Assembly (NCBI GenBank): GCA_033720815.1
Contig: JAWWBT010000001.1
Coordinates: 4,168-68,167 of the forward strand
Reading direction: 5' to 3'
Origin: Gammaproteobacteria bacterium
Lineage (GTDB): Bacteria; Pseudomonadota; Gammaproteobacteria; Natronospirales; JAJUFS01
DNA length: 64,000 nt
The notes beneath the pieces are model-generated. The model was given only the letters and a program-made list of their open reading frames with translations, was not told where the DNA came from and did no database searches. This document shows positions 26,904 through 36,833 of this stretch, one piece after another. A program made the position numbers and the translations under genes. Positions within the stretch are counted from its first letter, which is position 1. Each line of letters starts with the position of its first letter.

Positions 26904-29021
26904 TCAGCGGTAGCCATCGGCAAGCCGCAGGCCATGGATCACAAGCCGTGCGAGCAGGCGTTCCCTGATGCCCCTCGGGCTCGCAAGTCCCATCCGCTCC
27001 AGTGCTGCAGCATCATCATCACGGCGGTGCGGCCAGAGAATCGGGCGAAGCAGCGAAAGCTTGCCGCGCGTGCTTGCCGTGGCCTGTTTCAGCTCCGTCA
27101 GGGCCTGCGCGAGCCGGACTTCCGTCGCGTCGAAGACCGTACCCAGCGGGAACGGTGGCAGCAGGTTGGCTTCAATGAACGGCTGCAGTTTCCGTTGCAG
27201 CGCCTCGGGCGTGTTCTCTCGTGCCGACGGGGGCACTTCCCAGTCCGCAGGCAACTTGCCAGCCTTTTTCGCCTTCTCGACGAGTTCCTGCTGGAAGCGC
27301 GAATCGGCAACTTCAATGAGCGCGGCGGCAACCTCGGCGTCGGTACGACCGCGCAGGTCGGCAATGCCGTACTCGGTAATCACGATATCGCGCAGGTGTC
27401 GGGGAATGGTGATGTGCCCGTAATTGAAGACGATATTCGATTCCGGCCCATCGCTCGATTCGCGCGCTGCGCGGAGGCAGAGGATGGAGCGTGCATCCTC
27501 GAGTTCGTGCGCCATCGACACGAAATTGTACTGGCCACCAACGCCGCTGATGACGCGACCATCCGCAAGGCCGTCCGAAACCGCTGCTCCAGAAAGCGTC
27601 ATTTTCATGCAGACATTGATGAATCGGGCATTGAGCCTTTGCTGGCGTTCCAGCGCTTCTTCACCAAAGAGGTTATTCACCTTCGCAACGGGCATCATGT
27701 TGAGACGCGCGCGCTCGCCTTTCGGTAACTGCTTCAGCGTTTCATAGAACAGGCTCGGCCCGAGGATGAATCCTCCGTGCAGGACATGACCATTGCGCAG
27801 CTCGTCACCCAGGTCTTCGGCATTGACCTGTTCAATGCTCTCCGGGCGAACGGTGTCGCGGATGAAACCGAAGTGATGCAGGAACTCGATATCGATATCG
27901 CGCAACGGGTCGGCGATGATGCCCGCCTCGCGAAGGGCACGCAGTGACTGGAAGCTTGGTCGGTGCTCGATGCGACCTTCGTTGATGAGTCGCTGCAGGC
28001 CTTCGTGTTCGTAAACGACACGCTTCACCACGCCCTGCTGGTACAGGCGCATCAGTCCCCAGGTAAACATCTCGCTCGCAGCAAACTGGCCGTCACGGAA
28101 GCTGCCCAGGCCGCCATCGGTTGCAAGCAAGTGCGGATAACGCGTTGGAATACCCAGTGCATCAGCCAGCTTGCTGAACTGCGCATTCTGGCGATGGCGC
28201 AGGCCAAGCATGTAAGCCACGGAATCACCCAGGCTGCCAATACCGATCTGCAGGCTGCCGTTGTCCGCGACCAGCGATGCCGCATAGGCACCGACTGCAT
28301 GGTCGGCCGGCGCGGCCAGCGCATTCGGTACACCGAACAGCCGGTGCTCAAGCTCGGGTTCATCAACGAGAATGTCGAAGAAGTCACGGTCGACTTCGGC
28401 GTCGTTAGGCATGAACGGCAATTCGCGATTCACCATGCCGACAAAGCAGGTCGGTTTCTCCATCGCCTGCATGTGGCGATGGATGTCGATGGTGAGATCC
28501 GGGTTACAGCTCAGGCTGAGGCGACCGTCCTCTTCCGCCACCATCTGCATGACCACATTGGCGCCACGCGACAGCATGTCACGTACGACATGTGTGTAAT
28601 TCGAGGAAATGTATTCCTGTTGCGCCAGCGGGGCACCAAGGTAGGCACCAGGACGAAAATAGAATTCGAGGATGCGGATATTGCCCGGCAGCGTTCCCTT
28701 CAGCTGGTGGCGAATGTAGGCCGGCTCGGGCACACCCTTGAACTCGCGCTCGACGAAGGGTTCCAGGAAACGCCGCTGCAGGTCACTGCCTGCACGCGGA
28801 ATTGCCAGCGACAATGCCGTGATGAGGGTGAGCTGGATGCCCGGGTCTTCCTTGGCGCGATGAAACAGCGCATTGACCAGCGGCACCGGCTTGCCCAGGC
28901 CAAGGGGAATACCGACAACGATGGTCTTGCCGACCCTTGCAATGAGTTCGTCGACCGCACGTTGCGCAGCCGGGTGTTCGTGCAGGCGCTCCGGCGAGAG
29001 GCTTTCGCTGGCATGACTCAT
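26904..29021 (-). CDS. Acetyl-CoA hydrolase/transferase family protein (long form)
   Basis: Track ORF of 705 aa. The N-terminal GIPLGLGKP and the C-terminal SGVGGQYNFV...ITEYGIADLRG are typical of this family. Confidence 0.7.
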   Translation of the reverse strand: MSHASESLSPERLHEHPAAQRAVDELIARVGKTIVVGIPLGLGKPVPLVNALFHRAKEDPGIQLTLITALSLAIPRAGSDLQRRFLEPFVEREFKGVPEPAYIRHQLKGTLPGNIRILEFYFRPGAYLGAPLAQQEYISSNYTHVVRDMLSRGANVVMQMVAEEDGRLSLSCNPDLTIDIHRHMQAMEKPTCFVGMVNRELPFMPNDAEVDRDFFDILVDEPELEHRLFGVPNALAAPADHAVGAYAASLVADNGSLQIGIGSLGDSVAYMLGLRHRQNAQFSKLADALGIPTRYPHLLATDGGLGSFRDGQFAASEMFTWGLMRLYQQGVVKRVVYEHEGLQRLINEGRIEHRPSFQSLRALREAGIIADPLRDIDIEFLHHFGFIRDTVRPESIEQVNAEDLGDELRNGHVLHGGFILGPSLFYETLKQLPKGERARLNMMPVAKVNNLFGEEALERQQRLNARFINVCMKMTLSGAAVSDGLADGRVISGVGGQYNFVSMAHELEDARSILCLRAARESSDGPESNIVFNYGHITIPRHLRDIVITEYGIADLRGRTDAEVAAALIEVADSRFQQELVEKAKKAGKLPADWEVPPSARENTPEALQRKLQPFIEANLLPPFPLGTVFDATEVRLAQALTELKQATASTRGKLSLLRPILWPHRRDDDAAALERMGLASPRGIRERLLARLVIHGLRLADGYR

Positions 29022-30319
29022 TCGCTGGCTTTCTCCTTTTCGGCGACCAGGGCATCGACGGTGGCATTGAAACTCGCAACAAGCCTGTCGTAACGCTCAC
29101 CCGTACCCGGTCCCGAGAAGCTCGTGTGGATGCGGCGAACTTCGCCGGTGTGATCGATGAAGATCGTCGTCGGGTACGCCAGCACCGCATTCAATTGCGG
29201 CAGGGCATCGGAGGCAACATCCTTTTCGGACGTTCCGGCAATCAGTGTCGGGTATTCCACGCCGAATTCCTCGCGCCATTCGGCGACCTGTTCAGCAGCG
29301 GCATCGAATTCCTCGTAATGCTCGAACATCAAAGCAACAATCTCGACCCCGCGCTCACGGTTCTCCTTGTACCAGGGTGCAAGGAAGGCCGTCTCGTCAC
29401 CGCAGTTCGGGCACCAGCTGCCTGCGATCTGCACGATCACGACCTTGTCGCGGAACATCGGGTCGGACAATGACACGGGCTCGCCTTCAAGGTTCGGGAA
29501 GGTGAAGCCGAAGGAGTCATAACCTTCCTTGAGGAAGGTCATCTCATCGCCATCGGGAATATCGGCATCCGGGTCACGCTCGGCCACCCAGCTTTCATGC
29601 CAGGCAGTTCCCGACCAGAAATCGCCGGAGAGCGTATCGCTTTCCTCATCGTGACTCGCCGTAAACAGGAAGACATGCGAGCCATCGTAGGTGGACAGGT
29701 AGATATCGCCGTTGCGCACTTCACCGGCAAGGAATCGATAATCACCGGTCGGCGTCAGGAAGGTGCCTTCGAGCTGCGTACCGGCCTGCTCGAATTCCGC
29801 GACGGCTTCGGTTTCATTGCCTTCATCATCGGTAAAGGTCACCGCCCAACGACCGGTAACATCGACACCCGGCGGTGCAAGGCGCTCGAAGAACCGATAT
29901 TGCTTGCCATGTTCTGCGCGTACCGGCATCACCTGCGTTTCATCGCGCTTCTTCTTGTACAGCTTGCCGACCAGTACACCATCGTTCAGCGTGCCCTCGA
30001 TGCGCGTATCGTAGGCAGTCATGTCCAGCAGCAACTCGCTGCCGTCCAGTTCGACGCGCGGCACACGAACCCGCTCTTCGCCATTGATGTAGTACACCGC
30101 CGGCAGTCCCTCGGCTCTTGGCACCACCTGCATCTGCACCGGCAGCACGTGGTCCTGCAGGGAAATCTCCATGCGCCACATGCCATGACGCAACGGGCTT
30201 TCCGCTGAATCCGCAACAGGCTCGGTCGCCGTGTTGTCACTGGTAGCGGTTTCACTATCACCGCAGGCCATGAGGAATCCGGCGAACAGCATGGGGGCAA
30301 GTCGTTGAATCATCGTCAT
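29018..30319 (-). CDS. TlpA-like thiol:disulfide oxidoreductase lipoprotein with a large N-terminal extension
   Basis: Track ORF of 433 aa with lipobox FLMAC and a C-terminal thioredoxin fold bearing WCPNC. About 270 N-terminal residues appear to form two related beta-rich modules. Confidence 0.75.
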   Translation of the reverse strand: MTMIQRLAPMLFAGFLMACGDSETATSDNTATEPVADSAESPLRHGMWRMEISLQDHVLPVQMQVVPRAEGLPAVYYINGEERVRVPRVELDGSELLLDMTAYDTRIEGTLNDGVLVGKLYKKKRDETQVMPVRAEHGKQYRFFERLAPPGVDVTGRWAVTFTDDEGNETEAVAEFEQAGTQLEGTFLTPTGDYRFLAGEVRNGDIYLSTYDGSHVFLFTASHDEESDTLSGDFWSGTAWHESWVAERDPDADIPDGDEMTFLKEGYDSFGFTFPNLEGEPVSLSDPMFRDKVVIVQIAGSWCPNCGDETAFLAPWYKENRERGVEIVALMFEHYEEFDAAAEQVAEWREEFGVEYPTLIAGTSEKDVASDALPQLNAVLAYPTTIFIDHTGEVRRIHTSFSGPGTGERYDRLVASFNATVDALVAEKEKASE

Positions 30320-30329
30320 GGATCAATCC

Positions 30330-30815
30330 TCATTGGCGGGAAGCAAGCGCGCGAAGCGCGTCGTCGTCGATTCGGCAGGTTCGCCAGTCTGTCATCAATC
30401 GCGCACCCATGGCTTCATAGAATTCGATGGCCGGACGGTTCCAGTCGAGCACGGACCATTCGAAACGCGCACAGCCACGCTCGACCGCAATCGCGGCAAG
30501 CTCTTTCAGCATCGCCTTGCCGATACCCTTGCCGCGATGATCGACCTGCACATAGAGGTCTTCGAGATACAGGCCCCGTACCCCGCGGAAGGTCGAGAAA
30601 TTATGAAAGAAAAGCGCGAACCCGACCGGCTCTTCCTGCCACTCTGCGACCAGCACTTCGGCCTGGGGGTGTTGGCCAAAAAGGTTTTCGCGCAACTGTT
30701 CTTCGGTCGCCTCGACCTCGTGCGCAAGTTTCTCGTACTCGGCCAGTTCGTGAATGAAGCCGAGCACCAGGCCAACATCACCTTTGGTAGAAGGACGGAT
30801 ATTCAAGTCGCTCAC
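30330..30815 (-). CDS. GNAT family N-acetyltransferase
   Basis: Track ORF of 161 aa. The GTG start overlaps the ltaE stop (GTGA). Acetyl-CoA motif HRGKGIGKAML. Confidence 0.8.
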   Translation of the reverse strand: MSDLNIRPSTKGDVGLVLGFIHELAEYEKLAHEVEATEEQLRENLFGQHPQAEVLVAEWQEEPVGFALFFHNFSTFRGVRGLYLEDLYVQVDHRGKGIGKAMLKELAAIAVERGCARFEWSVLDWNRPAIEFYEAMGARLMTDWRTCRIDDDALRALASRQ

Positions 30816-31867
30816 GATGCGCGGCTCCTTTCATTCGCAAGGAAATCATTGAAAGCTTTCGCAACGGTATCGATATCGTCATCTTCGATATCGAGGTGGG
30901 TGACGAGGCGCAGGCGTTTCGCAGCACCAATACGGATACCTCGCTCGGCGTGGAAATCCGCCAGTGCCTGCGGGTCGGCATGCTCAAGGTTCACGAACAG
31001 CATGTTGGTCTGCACGGGTTCAACGGCGTAACCGGCATCCATCAGTGCAGCGGCAAGTCGAGCGGTGCGGTGATGATCGTCGGCCAATCGCTCGACATGG
31101 TGTTCCAGTGCATGCAGGCCTGCGGCAGCGAGTATGCCGGCCTGTCGCATGCCACCACCGACAACCTTGCGCCATCGACGTGCTTCCCGGATGAAATCCT
31201 TCGGGCCAACGAGCACTGAACCGACCGGCGCGCCTAGGCCTTTCGAGAGGCAGATCGATACCGTATCGAAATGCACCGCAATTGCATCGAGTTTCACATC
31301 GAGCTTCGCCACCGCATTGAACACGCGCGCGCCGTCGAGGTGCAGGCCGAGGCCATGCTCATTCACGAATGCCCGCGCCTCGGCAAGGTAGTCGATCGGC
31401 AACACCTGGCCATGCACCGTGTTCTCCAGGCACAGGAGTTTCGTGCGCGCGAAGTGCGCATCGTCCGGCTTGATTGCGGCCGCCACCTTGTCGAGATCAA
31501 TTCCACCGAAATCATTGAAGTCGAGTGGTTGTGGCTGGATGCCACCCAGCACTGCCGCGCCACCGCCTTCGTATTTGTACGTATGCGCCTGCTGGCCAAC
31601 GATGTATTCATCGCCGCGACCGCAATGCGTGAGTAGCGCAACCAGGTTGGATTGCGTTCCGGAGGGCAGGAACAGGCCGGCTTCCTTGTGCGCCATCGCG
31701 GCCGCACGCTCTTCCAGCGCAGCGACAGTGGGATCTTCGCCGTAGACATCATCGCCAACCTCGGCGCGATACATGGCTTCCCGCATCGCATCGGTCGGGC
31801 GCGTGACGGTATCGCTGCGGAGATCGATGAATGAATCTTCGTGGTGGGTGTCGTGACTGGCGCTCAT
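30812..31867 (-). CDS. ltaE: Low-specificity L-threonine aldolase
   Basis: Trimmed to the ATG at 31867 (GGAAAGGA upstream). Motifs: DLRSDTVTRPT and the PLP-lysine region SICLSKGLGAPVGS. Confidence 0.8.
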   Translation of the reverse strand: MSASHDTHHEDSFIDLRSDTVTRPTDAMREAMYRAEVGDDVYGEDPTVAALEERAAAMAHKEAGLFLPSGTQSNLVALLTHCGRGDEYIVGQQAHTYKYEGGGAAVLGGIQPQPLDFNDFGGIDLDKVAAAIKPDDAHFARTKLLCLENTVHGQVLPIDYLAEARAFVNEHGLGLHLDGARVFNAVAKLDVKLDAIAVHFDTVSICLSKGLGAPVGSVLVGPKDFIREARRWRKVVGGGMRQAGILAAAGLHALEHHVERLADDHHRTARLAAALMDAGYAVEPVQTNMLFVNLEHADPQALADFHAERGIRIGAAKRLRLVTHLDIEDDDIDTVAKAFNDFLANERSRAS

Positions 31868-31900
31868 GGTTCCTTTCCTGCGCCGGATCACGCCGGCGCG

Positions 31901-32740
31901 TCAGTGGTCGGTAATGTCGACGAGCTCTACGCTGCCGGGAGCCGGCGCCTCTCCCAGGAAACGCGTCGCCGTCGCATGAAAGCGGTCGAGGTTATCCGTG
32001 ACAAGATACCGGACCTCGCCGCGGGCTTCAGCCGCTTCACGGCTCAATCTTCGCGCCGCCAGGTCCCCTGCAACCCGTGCTGCGGTGGTCGCTGCGGAAT
32101 CGACGATGGTCACCGAGGCTGGCAAGGCCGCCGCGATGGCATCACGCAGCACCGGGAAATGCGTACAACCCAGTACCAGCACGTCACGACCGTGCATCCA
32201 CTCGCCGGCTTCACCATGGAAATAGCGCGCCAGCGCGGCATCGACGACCGGACCCTCCGTCCAGCCTTCCTCGGCCAGCGCCACCAGCAGCGCGCAGGCC
32301 TGCGCCCGGACATCGGCACCCGGTTCGAGCGCGGTGACTGCACGGGAATACGCGCCGCCCCGCACCGTACCTTCGGTTGCAATAACGCCGATGCGACGGG
32401 TTTTCGATGCGGCAACCGCCGCTGCTGCGCCGGGTTCGATGACGCCTTCGACGAGACGGTCGGGCCATTCTTCCTGCACCGCAGGCAGCGCCACCGCCGA
32501 GGCGGTATTGCAGGCAATCACCAGCGCCTTCACACCACGCCGCTCCAGCAGGCCGGCTGCCTGCAGGGCGTAACGCTGCACGGTTTCCGGCGACCGGGTG
32601 CCGTATGGCACGCGCGCCGTATCACCGAGGTAAAGGAATGATTCCTGCGGCATGGCTTCGCGCAAGGCGCGCAGCACGGTCAGTCCGCCCACGCCGGAAT
32701 CGAAAATACCGATCGGCAGGTCAGTTGCGCTATCCGTCAC
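31901..32740 (-). CDS. murI: Glutamate racemase
   Basis: Motifs IGIFDSGVGGLTV, DTARVPYG, ACNTAS and GCTHFP. I chose the GTG start at 32740, which overlaps the kinase stop (GTGA). An in-frame ATG at 32767 is the alternative. Confidence 0.85.
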   Translation of the reverse strand: MTDSATDLPIGIFDSGVGGLTVLRALREAMPQESFLYLGDTARVPYGTRSPETVQRYALQAAGLLERRGVKALVIACNTASAVALPAVQEEWPDRLVEGVIEPGAAAAVAASKTRRIGVIATEGTVRGGAYSRAVTALEPGADVRAQACALLVALAEEGWTEGPVVDAALARYFHGEAGEWMHGRDVLVLGCTHFPVLRDAIAAALPASVTIVDSAATTAARVAGDLAARRLSREAAEARGEVRYLVTDNLDRFHATATRFLGEAPAPGSVELVDITDH

Positions 32741-35352
32741 CTGGATTTCCCCACCCTGGCGGCACATTCCCGCAGTGCCGCCGCCATGTCGCGGCCGGAC
32801 TGCCAGCGTGCGCCGGGTTCCTTCTGTATCGCGCGGTCGATGATATCCAGCACGCAATCAGGCAGTGAGTCATTCCATGCGCTGACCGGAATCGCCTCTT
32901 CATTGGCAATGCGATACATCAGGGTACCGAGCGGCTCACCGGTAAAGGGCAGGTGCCCGCTGACCAGCTGGTATAGCGAAACACCCAGTGACCACAGGTC
33001 GCTGCGTCCGTCGAGGCGCTTGCCGGAAACCTGCTCCGGCGACATGAAGCTCGGGCTGCCGAGGATGGTGCCGGTGCGGGTCTGGCTGGCATCGGCCAGA
33101 TGCGCCACGCCGAAATCCGTGACCTTGATTTCCATGTCGTCGCCGCTGAGCACCAGGTTCGCCGGCTTCACGTCGCGGTGGATCACGTTCTGGTCGTGCG
33201 CAGCCTGCAGCGCATCCGCGACGCGCGCCACCAGGTCCAGCACGCGTGGCAACGGCAAGAGTTCGTTTTCCTTCGCATGGGCGGCGAGCGATGGGCCCTT
33301 GAGGAAGTCCATCGCGATGTAGGCAAGGCCCTCTTCCTCACCGACATCGTAGATGGTCACGATATTCGGATGACTCAACCGGCCGGCAGCTTCCGCCTCG
33401 CGGAAGAATCGTGCCTGCACTTCCTCGAGCTTCTCACCCTCGAATTCGTTCTGCAGGGCCAGGGTCTTCACCGCGACATCACGTCCGATGCGCGCATCCT
33501 GGCCACGATAGACAACGCCCATCGAGCCACGCGCGATTTCCTCGAGGATGCTGAAGCGTCCCAGCATCGGCGCATTGCGCGGGTCGCGCGTTTCGCCCGG
33601 CTCGATATCGATCGGGTGCTTGCGATGGCGCAGCGATTGCTCCTCGAGGCGTTGCAGGCGATTGATGCGCTGGTCGATTTCCGGCGTTGCAGGCGCTGTT
33701 TTCTTGATATGACGGAAGACCTTCAATGCCTTGGCGAAATGCTGGCGACGCTCGTAGTCGTGCGCCAGGTCATGCAGCTGCTCGAGCGCGGCTTCTTCCG
33801 GCTCGCACTGGCGCAGCGCCTCGAAGGCACGGTCCAGCTGGCCATGGCTGCGTCGGTCCTTGCCCAGTTCAAGGTTCGCCAGCGAGAGGCGACGGCGTTG
33901 TTCATCACCGGCATGCAGCCACCTGCGCTGCAGGGCAAGGACGACATGTCCCACTGCAAGGGCCAGCACGGGGCCGGACAATGGCATCCAGGTCGACTGG
34001 GAAATCAGCAGCAGCAATTCGATGTTGATCAAGACGACCGCAAATACCACCGAGCCCAATGCGGCCCAGCGCCAGTCCATGCGTGGCACCGCCAGCAGCA
34101 GCCACGCGCCCACCAGCAACCAGGCGAACCACCTTGCAGGCGCCACCCACCAGGGCGTTGCATAGACGTCACCCGCGTAGAAGCTGGCTGCGACCTGCGA
34201 CAGCGCGACCGCCGAATGGACACGGTCGCTGCGCGGCGTTGTTACCAGTGGCTCGAGGTCGGAGCCCAGCAGCACGACGCGTCCCTGCAGGGCGTCCCTG
34301 GGCAAGGCACCTGCCAGCACGTCGGCAATCGAGAAGCGCTCGATCGCTCCCGGACCATCGAGCGGATAGAAATACGGCAAGGCATTTGCCTCGCGGTCGG
34401 TCGAAATCCAGTGGCGGCCAAGTGCCGCGCCCTCGCCTGCCAGCAGCCAGAGGCTGCCACGCTGCGCGTCCGTCGCGAGCATAGCCATGCGCAACGGCAG
34501 GCTGGGAAGCAACTGGCCGTTCACTTCACCGACCAGCGGGTAGCGAGAAAAATCCGCGGGCACCAGTTGCAGGCCTACACCGCTGGCAGCATCCAGCAGG
34601 CTTGGAGGTAGTTTGGCCGGCGCAAAATCGGGCAGGTCAGGCGCGCTGCGCCATTCATCGAGCCAGCCGGCCAGCGGCATGCGCGGCGGCACCAGGTCGT
34701 CCGGCATGTTCAACGGACGGGCGCCACGGCTGGAAAAATCGAGTCGCCACCGGGTAAGCGACTCGGCGATATCGCCATCGGCGGCGGCATCCGGGTCTTC
34801 GAGCTGTGGAATCGCCAGGAGGCTTCCCGGCACGGCGCGCAAGCCATCTGCCAGTGCGTCATTCGGCTGTACCCGTGCCCGCAATTCGGCAAGCGTGCCG
34901 GCCGCATCACCGGCAAGCTGCGATTCGAGGCTATCGAGCGCGGCCACGGTCGCCGGTGTGGCCGCATCCACCATCGGCAGGTTCCAGGCTACGCCGCGAA
35001 CCCCGGCGTCATCCAGCGCCTGCAGCAGGCGACGCATTTCCGGGCCCGACCACGGCCATTCGCCCACCGACTTGCGGGCGGCATCGTCCAGCATCAGTAC
35101 AGCGAATCGCTCGCTGGCGCGGCGCGGCGCGGAGACCTCCATGCCAAACGAATAGGCAGCCTCTTCCAGCGCCCGGAAACTGCCGGAAGCGAAGCCGGCG
35201 AGCAGCAGCACGAAAAGGAGCGCCACGGCGGGCAGCAGGCGGTGAAGCGGGTGGCGGCTTGATATCACGTCATGTTCCCGTTGCAGCAGTGCAGCACACT
35301 GTAAACTGCATAGGGTCGGCTGCAACGTGATGCTTTTCAAGCTTGGCGGCAT
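32737..35352 (-). CDS. CHASE2-domain sensor Ser/Thr protein kinase
   Basis: Track ORF of 871 aa with an N-terminal TM segment and periplasmic CHASE2-like region, then a TM cluster. The C-terminal Hanks kinase has IARGSMGVVYRG, VAVK, HRDVKPANLVL, DFGVA and GSPSFMSPE. The start is uncertain (an in-frame GTG lies 27 codons downstream). Confidence 0.8.
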   Translation of the reverse strand: MPPSLKSITLQPTLCSLQCAALLQREHDVISSRHPLHRLLPAVALLFVLLLAGFASGSFRALEEAAYSFGMEVSAPRRASERFAVLMLDDAARKSVGEWPWSGPEMRRLLQALDDAGVRGVAWNLPMVDAATPATVAALDSLESQLAGDAAGTLAELRARVQPNDALADGLRAVPGSLLAIPQLEDPDAAADGDIAESLTRWRLDFSSRGARPLNMPDDLVPPRMPLAGWLDEWRSAPDLPDFAPAKLPPSLLDAASGVGLQLVPADFSRYPLVGEVNGQLLPSLPLRMAMLATDAQRGSLWLLAGEGAALGRHWISTDREANALPYFYPLDGPGAIERFSIADVLAGALPRDALQGRVVLLGSDLEPLVTTPRSDRVHSAVALSQVAASFYAGDVYATPWWVAPARWFAWLLVGAWLLLAVPRMDWRWAALGSVVFAVVLINIELLLLISQSTWMPLSGPVLALAVGHVVLALQRRWLHAGDEQRRRLSLANLELGKDRRSHGQLDRAFEALRQCEPEEAALEQLHDLAHDYERRQHFAKALKVFRHIKKTAPATPEIDQRINRLQRLEEQSLRHRKHPIDIEPGETRDPRNAPMLGRFSILEEIARGSMGVVYRGQDARIGRDVAVKTLALQNEFEGEKLEEVQARFFREAEAAGRLSHPNIVTIYDVGEEEGLAYIAMDFLKGPSLAAHAKENELLPLPRVLDLVARVADALQAAHDQNVIHRDVKPANLVLSGDDMEIKVTDFGVAHLADASQTRTGTILGSPSFMSPEQVSGKRLDGRSDLWSLGVSLYQLVSGHLPFTGEPLGTLMYRIANEEAIPVSAWNDSLPDCVLDIIDRAIQKEPGARWQSGRDMAAALRECAARVGKSR

Positions 35353-35426
35353 TGCTGCTTTGCCGAAGCGCCCGGGAGAAGGTTATTCTAGGCGGCCGCA
35401 AAACACTCCTCCGACAAGGCTGATCC

Positions 35427-36755
35427 ATGGAAATCGACTGGCATTCCCTGTACACCGAGCACCTCGCAACGCTGACGAAACGCGCGGAAGCCGCCCTGGA
35501 CCACACCGGCCTGGAACACCTGCTGATCCATAGCGGTTTCCAGCATTCCGTCTTCTTTGACGATAACGCCTATCCGTTCCGGGTGAATCCGCAGTTCAAT
35601 GCCTGGGTACCGCTGTATCGCAGCCCGGAATGCCTTCTTGTCATCACGCCGGGTGAAAAACCGGTGCTGGCCTTCTTTGCGCCCGACGATTTCTGGCACA
35701 AGTCCGAAAGGTTGCCGGAGGATTTCTGGACGGAACACTTCGATATCGTCCATGTCGGTTCACGCGATGACATCAAGCCCCTGCTGCCGAAAGACCGTGC
35801 CCACGCGGCGTTCATCGGCGAGCCGTTTGCGGAACTGGATGACTGGGCCGTGCAGAACGTCAACCCGGAAGACCTGCTGACCCACATGGATTACCAGCGG
35901 GCATGGAAAACGCCGTTCGAGCATGCCTGCCAGCGCGAGGCGAATCGCCGCGGTGCACGTGCCCATATTGCGGCGGAACGTGCTTTCCGCGACGGCCTGT
36001 CGGAATACGATATTCACCTCGCCTACCTTGCCGCCGCTGTACATCTTGATGAAGAACTGCCCTACAACAACATCATCGCGCTCAACGAGAACGGCGCGAC
36101 GCTGCATTACCAGCAGCGTGAACGCAGCGCGCCTGTCGATTCACGCAGCTTCCTCATCGATGCCGGCGCGCAATGGAATGGCTACGCCTCGGACATCACG
36201 CGCACCCACAGCCGCGATGACAACCATTTCGCCGCACTGGTCGCGCGCATGGATGAAGAACAGCGCAAGCTCTGCGACAGCATCAGGCCAGGCATGGAAT
36301 ACGTTGAGTTGCAGCGTGCGACACATCGCGTCGTGGCCGGGCTGCTGAACGAGTTCGGCATGGCGAAGGGATCGGTGGACGAACTGATCGATACCGGTGT
36401 GACCCGAGCCTTCTTCCCGCATGGCATTGGTCATTACATTGGCGTGCAGGTGCATGATGTTGGCGGCCTGCTTGGCGATGAGAAGGGCAAGCTGTTGCCG
36501 CGCCCCGACGACCAGCCGTTCCTGCGGCTCACCCGAAAGGTGGATGTCGACCAGGTATTCACGGTTGAACCGGGCCTGTACGTGATAGACACCTTGCTCG
36601 AGAAACTGCCGGCAGACGCCAGGAAGCTGCTCGACGACGACGGCATCGCGAAGTTCCGCCCCTACGGTGGTGTGCGCATCGAGGACAATGTCCGTGTTAC
36701 CAGGGATGGCCACGAGAACTTCACCCGCGATGCCTTCCGCTCGCTGGAAGGCTAG
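35427..36755 (+). CDS. pepQ: Xaa-Pro dipeptidase (prolidase)
   Basis: Track ORF of 442 aa. M24 metal ligands lie in DAGAQWNGYASDITRT, HGIGHYIGVQVHD, VEPGLY and GGVRIEDNV. Confidence 0.85.
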   Translation: MEIDWHSLYTEHLATLTKRAEAALDHTGLEHLLIHSGFQHSVFFDDNAYPFRVNPQFNAWVPLYRSPECLLVITPGEKPVLAFFAPDDFWHKSERLPEDFWTEHFDIVHVGSRDDIKPLLPKDRAHAAFIGEPFAELDDWAVQNVNPEDLLTHMDYQRAWKTPFEHACQREANRRGARAHIAAERAFRDGLSEYDIHLAYLAAAVHLDEELPYNNIIALNENGATLHYQQRERSAPVDSRSFLIDAGAQWNGYASDITRTHSRDDNHFAALVARMDEEQRKLCDSIRPGMEYVELQRATHRVVAGLLNEFGMAKGSVDELIDTGVTRAFFPHGIGHYIGVQVHDVGGLLGDEKGKLLPRPDDQPFLRLTRKVDVDQVFTVEPGLYVIDTLLEKLPADARKLLDDDGIAKFRPYGGVRIEDNVRVTRDGHENFTRDAFRSLEG

Positions 36756-36786
36756 CCCCTCGATGAGTACCGCGGTAATGCGCATG

Positions 36787-36815
36787 AAAAAGCCGGCCTT
36801 GAAGGCCGGCTTTTT
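36787..36815. terminator. Bidirectional rho-independent terminator
   Basis: AAAAAGCCGGCC-ttgaa-GGCCGGCTTTTT, between convergent pepQ and the 101-aa ORF. Confidence 0.8.
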
Positions 36816-36833
36816 CATGCCTGGACAGGCAGC

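Noticed and set aside
33100-34611. 503-aa plus-strand ORF inside the Ser/Thr kinase gene.
   Set aside because: The minus-strand frame carries complete Hanks kinase motifs and CHASE2/TM architecture, whereas the plus-strand product is featureless. It is a shadow ORF.
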